Made by a program: the position numbers and the translations under genes. A stretch of DNA of 64,000 bases from Mytilus californianus (Eukaryota): contig NW_026262734.1 of the NCBI RefSeq assembly GCF_021869535.1, positions 66,464,001-66,528,000 of the forward strand, in the 5' to 3' direction. This document shows, piece after piece, positions 51,301-63,138 of this stretch (position 1 is the first letter of the stretch; the number at the start of each line of letters is the position of its first letter). The notes under the pieces were generated by a model. It was not told the DNA's origin. It saw only the letters and a list, made by a program, of their open reading frames with translations, and searched no databases.

Positions 51301-53958
51301 CAACACCTACAATTTATGAATATGAAGAAAGTTGATATGCAAATAAATGTTTTTATACGTTATTGATTTCTCTAACCCAAGTAATAATTTGTTTGGATAT
51401 ATGAATTATCATATACAGCCCGCTTCAATCTGATTGGAATACAGATCTTGTTTCCACACTTTGTTTAGCTAAGCGTGGACACAGGTTCTGTATTTTAATC
51501 AGATTGAGACCGCTTATTCGTTAAAACTCTTTAATGTATATAAAACTTCCTTAAGTCCAAGTACCTTACCTTCTGTAAAATCGTTTGTTTCATATTTGTA
51601 TCCAACTTTAAAATGGTCTGAAGATTTTGTCTTTTCGTGTCCTTTCGTATTGTCTTTAATTTTTGGGAAAGTAATTCCGTTCATATTAAACAAATTGTTC
51701 CACGTATTTGTTTTACTGTCACTTGATGTTGCAAATATGTCATTAACAGACTTAGCTCTCCAGTATGATTTCTTGGAACTTTTTAGCTTAGATTCCTTCT
51801 GGCCTATTGTATTATCGGATTTATTGCTTTTAATATCTCTCTTTCTTCCTGCTGAATTTTTCTTGAATACTCTATTATTTTTTTTCTCGTCCCCGTCTTT
51901 CTTATTTACTAGTACTGGTAAATGAATAAAGGATTGTGTCTTCATTTTGGCGGGCTTTTCAATTTTCTTGGTCTTTGTCTTTATTTCGGATCTATTCCTT
52001 CCTGTTCTATTTTTCCTCTCACCAGCCAATATTTTCTTCTTGCGGTTAGAATTTGCACTGATTCTACTTTCTGATTTGGATTTACTTGTGTTCCTCGTGT
52101 TAAGTATACTGCTTTTGGATTTTTCAGCACTGTTTCCCTTATAAAACTGATTGTCTATGAGGCCAGACCGCTGAGGTAGCACATTGGATATCCCTTTATT
52201 GCCATTGTTACCAATAATGGATAATTCAACGTAAGGTTTAAATAAAAATATGGATTCATACGATGTTGGTTTAATAGAACCAGCTTGAAAACCTGAAAAA
52301 AATTGTAATTTATTAGTGAATGATATACATATTTAGAATAAATTTATTTGTGATAAAAAGTTTCCTTCTAAATTTTTGTTTAACGTTTCCTCCAATAATC
52401 TCAAAGTTATTATGGAAATTTTAGCTTCCAATCGAGATTGTGTACTTATTTGGAAAAGTAACTGTCTGTGCCATTGGTATATGAATATAAATAAGGAGAT
52501 GTGGTAAGATTGCCAATGAGACAATTGTCTATTTTTCTACTGTCTTGCTTTTTATGGTCTTGTTTTCTTGTCGTTTGTCTGTTTTTCGATCAAATTTCCT
52601 TATTGAAACTAAACATAGATGTCCACGCAATGCATATAACAATGTACATTATTCCTATCATTTGCATAATTTTGTGACTGCGTCAAAATTAGATAAAAAT
52701 TACATTTCTGACGTACATACATCAGAACAAGTAGTTTTAAATTAACCTAATTTTTTTTTACCTGGACAAATTAACTCGTGTAATTTAGCTGACAGGGAAA
52801 ACAAAGAATTAAACGTGTCGACTTGTAAAATGTTGTTACTGTCACTCGTGATGCCAATCAGTTCACTCCGTGAGACCCCCCTGCCAACACCGATGGCAAA
52901 CAGTGCTATTTGTTCCTGTCGAAGCTGTCGAGCCTCACGGAAGGATTGCCACAATATTCTAGAACGCCCGGATGTAATTAGTACAACTGCACGTTTTGCA
53001 TCTGGTCTCCCTTCCTTTCGGAATAGTTCCTTCACTGATTTTAACGCATTGTTTATAAGCAGGTCACCAAATGGTTGTGCCATGTCTGATATTTTATGTA
53101 TATAGTCTCCATTATTTACGGATACTTTGAAATCTACGGTTTCCCATACTCCATCTGAGAATAGCAGAACTCCGATCCGAACTCTGTCTGGTGAAATAAA
53201 ATATTCCATCGTTTGTGATGACAAAAATGCCTTCTCTTGTATAAAGTCTGATGGTGACACAAGGCTTGATCCATCAACCAGGAAAACCAAGTCCAAAGGT
53301 TCACCACAGCCTTATTAAAAAAAGCAAAACATTATGAATGCACGTACATATTATTTTATAGAGGCAAGGAACAATCCGATTTTTCTCTCTCAAAATTTTA
53401 TCCATTTTATCCATTTAGCTTATACTGAAATTACATTCTGAAAAAAAGACTAAAACATTGTAATTTGGCATTTTCCGTCAAGTTCATACATGAGGATTTA
53501 AATGCGGGGATCGTCATTTAAGTATTCTTTTTATTTTAAAGCCATTCTGCTCTATCCTTAATTTTTTTGTCCTTTACTCTATATTCTTTATAGTTTAGCA
53601 TCCCATTGTTCTCATTCTATTTTTATTGACCAATTTTCTGTATTCTAAATGTCTTGGCCCATTATTCTCTATTCTTTAAAACCCATCAAGACTTCATACA
53701 TTAATACCGTTGAATGATTTCACATGGTTCTCTTTATAATGTAAATTCGCTAGCATAATATTAGTATTTCGAATCATATTTACAAAGAAAAGAAAACACA
53801 TCAAATTGAAAGTTCAAACTTGAAAAGACTATGCACGTCGTATAACCAATTTAAAAAATGACAGTGTGTACAAACCCATTCCAAACTGTTTTAAAAAATG
53901 GCGTTTACTCACCACAACACATTTCAAATAACAAACTAAATATGCAGAACAGAATCAT
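42308..53958 (-). CDS. Pif/BMSP-like secreted shell-matrix-type protein: signal peptide - VWA - Lys-rich linker - LamG-like (~1,112 aa, 8 coding exons)
   Basis: Exons 53958-53913 (MILFCIFSLLFEMCCG), 53310-52762, 52292-51570, 50678-49251, 45652-45300, 43854-43764, 42924-42842 and 42373-42308 all have GT-AG boundaries and compatible phases, with no stops. A possible extra upstream exon ends at 54918 (ATG|GTAAGT). Confidence 0.82.
43259..43405. repeat. 49-bp tandem repeat x3 (intronic)
   Basis: aaacctccccctttgcttacatagattgtatgtcgtaaaactaata at 43262, 43311 and 43360. Confidence 0.92.
44608..44998 (+). mobile_element. Kolobok-type MITE (391 bp)
   Basis: Perfect 11-bp TIR GGATGTTCGCT; flanks TAAA and TTAA; homologous to 47211-47600 and, inverted, to 59599-59988. 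Confidence 0.85.
45300..45652 (-). CDS. LamG/concanavalin-A-like domain exon, Pif C-terminal type
   Basis: DCQPELLMDFDTDLRDKSG..GSADFNGNSDLTIWRF..RQYVVSNC..SYGIEID, continued by LDQWTNVSLIYDG and GNVETRSSPLRVGGC..GFSGLIDE|VSLSFCIP. Confidence 0.85.
45990..46400 (+). mobile_element. Putative Crypton-like (tyrosine-recombinase family) remnant with long hairpin
   Basis: 46050-46130 translates KRFARTTDEEIDDERL..NAEN, resembling the RF..S.EE...KNT N-terminal motif of Crypton/DUF3504 proteins. A 130-bp inverted repeat follows at 46267-46397. Confidence 0.45.
46845..46960 (-). mobile_element. Penelope-like RT remnant
   Basis: The minus strand translates RIYHLELEMKD..TDTLIAKSFLDVHKEIDSE, homologous to YPIELEKKDTTD..SASYLDLHLQI at 16128. 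Confidence 0.6.
47211..47600 (+). mobile_element. Kolobok-type MITE (390 bp)
   Basis: TTAA on both sides; TIR GGAAGTTCGCT / GGAATTTCGCT; interior homologous to 44608-44998. Confidence 0.85.
48860..49135 (+). mobile_element. Pearl/HINE-like (Helentron-associated) non-autonomous element
   Basis: Sub-terminal inverted repeat ATGCCCCCGC (48887-48896) / GCGGGGGCAT (49123-49132), a (GGAC)n microsatellite at about 49057-49091 and a 3' palindrome CGCCGCGGCG. Confidence 0.7.
49251..50678 (-). CDS. Lys-rich low-complexity linker exon 2 (includes KRKKQKKKPKKKKQKKRDR)
   Basis: 1428-bp phase 1-1 open exon containing ORF 49240..50607; acceptor tttcag, donor G|GTATAA. Confidence 0.82.
50880..51020 (+). 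mobile_element. LINE reverse transcriptase remnant (intronic)
   Basis: Translates DFRKAFDTVSRSGLWEKL, the DxxKAFD RT motif. Confidence 0.7.
51570..52292 (-). CDS. Lys/Ser/Asn-rich low-complexity linker exon 1
   Basis: 723-bp phase 1-1 exon within ORF 51514..52182; acceptor ttttcag, donor G|GTAAGG. Confidence 0.8.
52762..53310 (-). CDS. von Willebrand factor A domain exon
   Basis: CGEPLDLVFLVDGSS..RVRIGVLLFS..AL..LF....RPDAKRAVVLITSGRS..A..LRQEQIALFAIGVG..SEL..I..ICP, the classic vWA pattern. Confidence 0.93.
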
Positions 53959-56900
53959 CCTGCCTCGTTCAACCACTGGCTAAAGTATGTATCTAAGTTC
54001 TGCCAAAACAGGACAAGATTTTGTAAATGTATAACACAAAAATAACACTGAACATGCATAATTAAATAACAGCGCCATTCATAACGTGCCTGTTTTAAGT
54101 CATGGGTCTCTCCTTGTTTGGCGTCTGTCATTATTGTATTTTGTTTGATGTTATTGGGTTAAAGTTTTCTTATTTTAATATTTTTACATATAATTATCCG
54201 GGTTCTTTTTATAGCTTTTGCTAAATTATGGGTTTTCTGTTCATTGTTGAAGGTTACGTGTAGCTATTTACATTGCATGTCCTTTAGTCTTAGTGGATAG
54301 TTATCTCATTAGCAATCATAAAACGTCTCCTTATTTTTATATACGAAACTTAATTCGTACCTGTACGAAGTTGCACTGTACAATTATGTTGTTTATAGTT
54401 TGTCTGTCTATGTTTTGATTCTTAGACTAGTTTGAAGTTAGTACAGTTAAGTTTTGTGGTTACTATTTTCATGCAGTAGTTCATGTTATAATTTTTAAGT
54501 ATTAAAACAATTGGTCATTGTTGCATTTCATATATCCATGTACCTTTGATATGAAAGATTTAATACAAGAATATGCAGCAAACATGTGTTTATAATGTAA
54601 ATTAAAATATTGATTCAAATGCCATATATCCTAAACAGTTAAATATTAATTATCAAAATAAGAAGATGTGGTATAATTGCCAACGAGACAACTCTCCACA
54701 AGAGACCAAATTTAAGGCATTTACTGCCTTAAAGTTTGTATTTTAGTTCTGTTATAAAAAAAAATTGAAAACTTTTTTTTAATACATTTTCCTGTATTTT
54801 CACTCTGATTCTAGATGAATGTTACAAAAAAGTGCAAGTACTAAGATTAATAGGTTTAACATATTAAACAGCAAATTTCTAACAGATTTGAATTTTAAGA
54901 AATTAATGATAACTTACCATTAATAGAAAATCCATATATATGAATTGTAGTTATGATTATTCCATCCGACAATCCCGCAAAAGAATTTCAGTCTAAATGT
55001 TTAGTAAACAAGATCGTGTCCTAATTTGCATAGTTTAAAAAAATTCATGTAATTTTTAATATTCTTTTGGACAACAAAAAACATATTTAACTGTCATGCA
55101 ACTAATCATATAGTTATAATTTAACATACATTCGGTTGTAAAAACGTATGTTAAAACATGCATTCGCCATTTGACTAAAATCTTGAATATGTAAATCATT
55201 CCATTGTGGGAATTTTCTAAATTGACGGTTACAACTCATTGCGACTAAAATAAATGAAAACAACACATTATAAATTTCATATGTCCGAGGCGCGTTTCTA
55301 GAATTACCTTCATCAAAAACGCTCAAAGCCGAATATATGAAAGCCAAGGATGTATAATAACGGAAACAGTTGAAGAGCTGTATGATCAAAAAGGACCTTA
55401 AAAAATAGCCAAACCATCTAAGGTCAACTTTACCCTAGGGACTGAGCTGGGAATAGGATACAGTCAATATAGTACATAAATGATCCAGGATTAAGTAATT
55501 TTTTGACGGTTTGGGCTGTTTTCTTATGACGTATATTTTGCTTTGGAACAGATTTAATCCAAAAACACGCGTCACGTGCATTAAAATTTATGTCTTCTAT
55601 TATTCAATTTAGAATATTATCCAAATTAGCACTATTGGAAATATCCCCGATTATTGCGTTAAGTACGTTCTAAATCAGCGACTTGTACCTTAATTCCTCA
55701 CATCAAAGTCGATCAATTTAATAGCTGCTTTGACGGAGACGATACTGTGTCTAATAACTGCTCCATTTAGTGCTTTCGAAACACACGAGTAGCTTCAACG
55801 GTTTTCCAACTTTGTACAGCGATAGTGCACAGATAAAAGATGTTCATTGTCTGTACCTCCAGCAGTTTTTCTTCAACAGAATTTAGACTTTGGAAATATA
55901 GAAGATATGCTCAGGTTCCCAATGTAATGTTTTGTCATCGAGTGTTATATTGTGTATCCAGTTTGTGTCATTTGTTACTAAAACAGGTTTTTCCAAAAAA
56001 AAATTTTTAACTTTGTTCAGTGATTTGCTTACTAATCTTTTCGGAATTGTTTTACATACTTTTTGGGTTTGAAAAATAATGATGATCTGCTAGCCATTCC
56101 AAAGAACCACTTAATTTTGTTTTAAAGCAGAAGTATACATGATCTATATATTTCAGATCATCTAAACGAAATTTATTTCTCAAAAACCATGTCTTACACA
56201 CAATGCAAATATTGCTTAAATTAGTTATACCTTTCTCACACTTCACTCAAGTCCAGTCTTATCTAATATTTCATATTATATTGTACTTTTGTTTTTGTTT
56301 TTGTTTATAATTTTTAGTATATGCATATAAACTTATTAAAAATATTCTGTTTTTCGTCATTATCTTGTGTATTTTGTGCTTATATTTGTATATGAAGAGG
56401 ACGTCACTAATGTTATTATAGTTTGTGTCCAATCACTTTTGCCACTTTTGTAAATAAAATATGTTTAAACTAAACTCTCTGGGATGTATTGTTATAGTGG
56501 TAAATAATATATTCTTAAGCCTGAGAATTTACTTAACCCTGTAATGGGAACAACCACATTCGTGTATTTTGATTGGTTTGTCAGTATGACAATTGACGAA
56601 AATCTGCACCTTTTCAGTTTATTTGGCACTAAAGGTTTTTCATCAAATTAACCCCAATAAAACGCATGCTAACGCATGGAATATTTGTGTTGTAGTCTCT
56701 AAGGCAAAGTTGCCCAAAGACGATTTTGTTGGCCCAGTTACGATTATGTCCGATTTTGATACTCTTAAATATTTCCCTTTTTATGTGAAGTTCCTGTGAA
56801 AGAATATAATCCATATCCCAAAAAAACAATATTTGTGATATAAAAAAATATATTACCTTTGTAATGTATAAATAAAGATGTCAAAAAGCAAGCAAAAGAC

Positions 56901-57039
56901 ATTAGTCTAAGAAAAACAGATAAGACAATGGACAAAATAAAAACAACGCAAAGACAATAATCCAAAATACCCTTCACACAATAAAAGGGAGACATCCGTC
57001 TGCGTCAAAAACGTTTGCTCTTGTGCCATAACTCATTAA

Positions 57040-57658
57040 GGTAGATAGAGTGTCTTCCTCCATCTTGGATTTTGTAATACCTGAAAAAAATCGGTCTAGA
57101 TCTTTAATAGAATGTGCAAATTTTGAGAGTAGTAGGTAATTCATGTGTAAGAATTTTCATTTCAATATAGAAAATGACATGTTTTATCATATTTATGGTT
57201 GTATTTTACAAAAAAAACAGAATACTTTTGTTTGATTCAATTTTTTCCAACTTTGACACATAAGGGGAGGCGAGGCAACTCAAATGTAAGGGCAGATAAT
57301 TCAGATAAAGGTACTTTTACAATAGATTGTGTTAGGAATTTACCTATTTTATTATGTAGCAAGAAAACGGTTCCGGTGACCCCATTTTTTCTTTTTCTTA
57401 TCTGAAAGCATACTATTAAAGATATCTTCTCATATTTTATCTCAAAATTCCTTGGTGTAGTTTTCGTTTTATGGCAGAAAATTGGGTTTTCCATGCATAA
57501 TCTTTACAAAATCTGTTAATTTTGAACAACCTGTAGCGTGAAAATAAGCCCCGTGATCCATTCTTTTTATCATTTTTTTTTAAAAAGCTTGATATAAACT
57601 ACATTTTGGCAAATTATTAAAAAATTCTATGGATTATAATTTAAACACCCCATCTACC
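57040..57658. mobile_element. TTAA-flanked MITE, Kolobok-type (619 bp)
   Basis: TTAA at 57036-57039 and 57659-57662; ends GGTAGATAGAGTGTCT and (revcomp) GGTAGATGGGGTGTTT match 13/16. Confidence 0.75.
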
Positions 57659-58122
57659 TTAAAGCCATTAGTTTGAGAAAATACCTACCAGTATCATTTG
57701 CTTCATACATGATATATCTAGTATGCCTATGCTTATATGAAATCTTATTTTTATTAAAACAATGAGTCTCCATACAATTTTATGACCGTCATGCAGTTTA
57801 CCCTAGTCTAGCTTGAAGGCTGATATTTGTAGCTTTTTCAACTGCTTATATATAATACTTTTCTGAATTCTGCGTTTCTTACGGCTGTTGCTTTTGTATT
57901 GCGCAAATCAATCATTTGAAAGGTAATGTGTATCAAACAAATGTTGGACATACGTTGGACAGCCTTTTTCACAAAAACTAAATAATATCTAACATATTAT
58001 GATCTTTGATGGTCTCTCGGATACCATTTATGGTAATTTTTGGTTTGTAAGGCGTAAGTGACGCTCTTACTTCTGTGGGTTGGTCTCGTGCAGATATGAT
58101 AGAAATCCATCTTACACATTAA

Positions 58123-58494
58123 GGGAGCTACTATTTGATTTTTAAGGAGGGGGAAGGGGGGGGGGCGGGGGGGGGGGGGGGGGGGAGGGGGGGGCTAGGA
58201 TGAAAAATTTTGTCCTGCATAATTTTTTAGTTGTAATCTCTGTCCTGCCTTTTTATTTTTCACTCTATTCGGTCCTGCTCTTTTTTTTTATTAGTTTATC
58301 CTGACTTTTATTACATAAATTGTCAACCTGCCCTTTTTTTTTTTTTTTTGCCAAGTTGCTTATCCTGCCCTTTTTTTTTTTGCCAAGTTGCTCATCCTGC
58401 CTTTTTTTTACTCAAAACTCCTGTCCTGCCTTTTTTTCAAATTTCATCCTATCATCCTAGCCCCCCCCCCCCTAAAAATCAAATGGTAGCTCCC
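58123..58494. mobile_element. PIF/Harbinger-type MITE (372 bp) with G-tract TIRs
   Basis: TAA at 58120-58122 and 58495-58497; TIR GGGAGCTAC(T/C)ATTTGATTTTTA-(G)n-CTAGGATGA; internal repeated TCCTGC motifs. Confidence 0.75.
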
Positions 58495-59598
58495 TAATGT
58501 ACTGCTCACCTTGTAAAAAGATAACAGTACAGTCTTTTGTTGATTAAAGTCATCTCTCTTCTTTATTCCTCTTATAATGCATTTATAGTCGTGTTTATTC
58601 CATAATTTATTGTATTCAAAGTATAATAATTCATATAAAGACATAACTGTAACAGGTAATCATTTGTAAATTAACAAATAGTTAACAGGTAATTTGGCTT
58701 CTGGCGCAATAAATACCTTTGAAAAAATAAAATTTGGCTCAAATTATATATCTTAAAACATAGAAATTAACACGAAAGGACTGCAGCCGACTAATATACA
58801 AACCCTACAAACAGCTCTGGTAGAACTCAGTAGCTTCAGAAGGATCAGCAGTTTCTGCTCGACAAACAATACCCACCAATGCTATTCTTTGCTCTTCTTG
58901 CTCGGATTTAGAATACCTAAATGGCGTATAAGTGTACCACTCTCTGTTTGCGCTGATTAAACTTAAACTGTTTCATGCTTAATTGTCAGACTTTGACACT
59001 TTTGACTGTGAGTGCTCATTTTGAATGTTAGTCCAAGAAATGGATTTCAACGTTTTTTTTTTCAATATTCTAGTGGTAAGTCGATACTTCTGGTAGGGTT
59101 TATAGTCTTTAGTTCTATAGTTTTCCCCAAAACCCGAGACCTTTTGGTAGGAAATCACCATTAGAAATTTCTATGAAAGATTTTACCGTTTTATATTATT
59201 TACAAATTACATGTATGCAAAGCTGCTCGTACAAAGTTGTGTTTGTTGTGACAATCTTTAGTTCATAAAAATCAATAATTGGCGCAGAGTAATTACTCTT
59301 TTTGACCTTTGAGTCTCGCTCATTTTCATTGATTTCAGTTAGTATTTAAGATATTCCTTTGTTCATTTCTGGGGTCTTTGCTGCATTTTCCGGTATCTGT
59401 CATTGAAATAAGACCCTATTTGAATAATTCACCCCTTACACTTTTGGTAAGTATGTTTACCCCTTATTATTTCTTTCTATTCAAACTTTGTTGTATTTTG
59501 GCTTGCCTTACACTGCTACTATATTTTGGGATTGAGATGGCTACCAGTGGAAACCTGAAGAAAAACTAAGGAATTATAAGTTCTCAAATTGGGGTTAA

Positions 59599-59988
59599 GG
59601 ATGTTTGCTCCTCTTGTTTTGGAATTTTTGCCAGATATTCGGAATCTTCTGGTTTTATCCATGTAGTGCCATTAAAAAATTTGCCCGCTAACTCCTACTT
59701 TTCTTTTCATAATTTTATAACATATAGGTTAAAAAGCCATATTTGAAAATCTTATTAAAATCCTTGTTATTTTTTCATTGTTATTGAAAGAAAAAAGGTG
59801 TCAATGTTAAATGTATGAAAAATCTAGAGAGAATCATTTCCCGCCAAATTTTCAATGGCTTATATCTCGAAAACAAGCACACGGACCCTTAATTTTTTTC
59901 TGCTTTTTTAGTTCCTTTATTTACATTCTTTCAATTTAAAACAGTCTTTTAAAAAGCTTGTTATTTTGAAACAGAGTAGCAAACATCC
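59599..59988 (-). mobile_element. Kolobok-type MITE (390 bp), inverted copy
   Basis: TTAA on both sides; perfect TIR GGATGTTTGCT; reverse-complement homolog of 44608-44998. Confidence 0.88.
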
Positions 59989-60439
59989 TTAATATTCTTG
60001 ACGTCAGTGATCTACTATCTGACATCGTTTATAGGTCAAAGGCTATACAGTGACATCTACATCCTTTGGTGTCTGGTTGAGAACGGTCTCATTGGCAATC
60101 ATACCACATCACCTTATTTCTATGTACATAAACAAGTTTTTTACCTTTCGTTTTCCTAATACAAAAGTATTATACGTTATTCAGAAAACAACGGTTCCAT
60201 TTGCCAGCAGTGAACTATTTTTTCTTTAAGTCCACAACCAAGGAATAAGAAAACTATTTTCTAATCATATTAGACAGATTAGTAAATATCAGGCTATTTA
60301 TAGTATCAAACATCTTTAAAATGAATAAAAGGATATGTTGTTAAACGTCAGTGAGAGAGCTACCCACCAACAAAATATATAATAAGAAAAAGATATCTGG
60401 GCGCAACATACAGTCTACCACAATAGACAAGTGTATATG

Positions 60440-60735
60440 CACTATGTTGAGCTTTCCGTTGTCCTTACCCAAAGGGTGACTGCAAGGGGCATGGAAAAAT
60501 GGTCACTTGGTCTTCTTACGACCGACATTAACCCTTGTCAAAGTGTGACGTCCATCAGGCTGATCGGGATGTAAACATTCAGCCAGTTCCGGTCACAATT
60601 GGGATGTTGAATCCGATGCCACGCATATAGAGAGTACCTGTGCGTTTCAAAACCATTGAAACAACTCTTTTAGGAGTCCTATATTGGCTAGCTGCTAGGC
60701 GTTCTGCCCAATCCAACAGACCATTGTTTTTCAGT
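60440..60735. repeat. GC-richer segment, possibly a degenerate SINE-like repeat
   Basis: Composition shift and a gggatgttgaatccgatgcc motif reminiscent of SINE 3' regions; no A/B boxes or TSD seen. Confidence 0.25.
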
Positions 60736-62032
60736 GACAGTCCAAACTTTCCAAATAACAAAAGCATAAAGCATATTAAAACTAAAACGTTTATTAAACT
60801 ATAACATTACTATAACATTAACATAATATAAAACATAAAACAAAAGTATTGTATTGTTAGAAAGAAATGAATGAATATATGCAGTTCACTTTATATCAAA
60901 AGACATTTCACTTGAATAACATACATGACAGATCTTATCTCTTAAGGGTGAAATATTACATAAAGTGACAATAAAAAAATCTTAATAAATATGCAATTTA
61001 CATTTAATAAAGTATAAGTATTATTAAGATTAATTGAAAATTACAAAGAAGGCAAATGTTTCATTTTGTAGTAATTTAATGTTAACTTATACAAATTTAA
61101 TCATCTTTTAATGGTTTTTTTTATAGTTGGGTACTTTCGAATTGACGTTTTTTTTATATTGAGTACTAATTACCCCCACACAATCTTTTATTCATTACCA
61201 ATGGGACAAATAAATCATCTTCTTGGTTTAATCACTGATTTTTTCATGGCAGGGCACTTCCGATTTATGTGTTTAAGAAAGGGAACGTAAAATACATGAC
61301 TGGTTAAGATTACTCAGTCAACAGATTCATTTACACATATGATAAAAACATTACTTAAAAGGGGATCCTTGTCTTATGCAAGATGTCTGAAATTAGTGGT
61401 ATGAAAATGCTAGTTAGTTTATATAAATGCAATCAGTATCTTTCGTGATAGACCATCTTTTATGTCGTCTGAGTAATAACATATATATAAATGAAACTAC
61501 TAATTTGATATATACCGAAGTTGATAACGCATATATGATGCATAATTTATTTTATACTGCTAGTGTTACTTCAATTTCATGACATTAGAATTAAAATAAT
61601 TTTCTTTTTCAAGCACATGAAGCAAGAATCAAGAAAAAGAAAAATCCTAAAAAAACAACGGTAGAATTAGAAAATTTTGCCAGAAAGTTTCAATAATATC
61701 CTTTATATAATTTCATTAAATACATCTTAGGCTACATCCCGGCAAAGTTTACTTAAATATGTACTTGTTATTTCTTTAAATAATTTGAAGGTGAAAATAT
61801 TTCTATGGAGTTTCTCTTCCAATTTTTAAATGTATGATATATCACAAAAACAGGCGTACGTTTACGCATTTTTTGGACTTAAACTGCTTTTATTAATTAA
61901 ACAAGGTCTGTCAATAAAATTAATAGTATATATTTTGGAAGCTTGTTATTCTGAAACTCACTAGCGATCTCCCTTCATCCCGTCTTCTGACATATTTTTA
62001 AGGTATTTTATACTGATTGTTTTACCGTATAG

Positions 62033-62107
62033 AAGCGTTGACCGAAGCACATTTTGTATGAAGCGCAGAAACGGTTCATACTAAAAATGTGCGCACGATC
62101 AACGCTT
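62033..62107. other. Imperfect 75-bp hairpin
   Basis: aagcgttgaccgaagcacattttgtatgaa pairs with ttcatactaaaaatgtgcgcacgatcaacgctt. Confidence 0.75.
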
Positions 62108-63138
62108 TACAACCTTATAAAAATACAAAAAGAAGCAATTAATTACATTTTTATATAAAAACCATTAAACTACGAGTAATAGCAAATTATTCGTTTGTTT
62201 TCATATGCATTGTTGTGAAGTTGTCATGAGAAGCACGTGCTATCATTAAAATTGAATTTTATTGAGAAATACAATTTGATATTTGAATGCCTTGTGATTG
62301 CTTCCAGCCAATCAAAAGTACTGATTCTTATGAAACATACATGTAATGTAATTATTAACAAATGAAATACAATATGAGTATATAAAATATTTTCTAGGAG
62401 AATCCTTGTAAGATTAAAAATAAATAATAAAAAAACTATACAAATATGATGAGACTTTAAGCCTCGATTTAAAATAAAACATCTACGTCAGTGGTATTGA
62501 AATTGATGGTACATATTGTCAATATATCTGATATATTCAGGCACAGTTTTCTAAAACCCATATAAAATTTCTAACATGTTCAAACTGGCTTCCGATAATG
62601 CAAATGAAATACAACTTATCACTTTTCTAGATTTATCTTCATCAGAAACCCTCAAACCTTAACATTTGAATCCAGAGATGCATAAATACATAGAAACAAT
62701 ATGGGCTATATGATCAAAGGGTCCAAAGGGTCCAAAGGATTCTCTTGATCAATGGTTAATGGAAAAAAAATCTGAGCATATATTCTATTAACTCTTTTAA
62801 AGTCTAGATCAATGAAAAAAACTATAAATGATAAATGACTACAAAAATACGTAAAATAGTTTAGAATGAGCAATTAGAACATCATTTAAATACACATGAT
62901 AAATTCACTTGCTTGGGAAATGTGTTACATTCTTGCTGCTGTCGAGACTATTTCAATTGATTTTAAAAGAAGACCATAATTATCAAATTCTGTAAATGAT
63001 TTTAAGTAAATTAGAACATTGCCAACAAAATACGCTTTTCTTATCTCTTTATAGCTAGTCTCTATCCCTGAGAACATTTTTATCGTATGCACCAGAAATT
63101 TTTTAAAAACCTATTGTGGGTTTCAGAAAATAATATAC

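Noticed and set aside
49412-53318. Plus-strand ORFs 49412, 50268, 50356, 51596, 51947, 52815 and 53127
   Set aside because: These are antisense shadows of the real minus-strand exons; the Phe/Leu-rich translations simply mirror Lys/Asn codons.
56533-56545. TTAACCCT piggyBac-like end
   Set aside because: No matching AGGGTTAA right end at a plausible distance and no transposase remnant.
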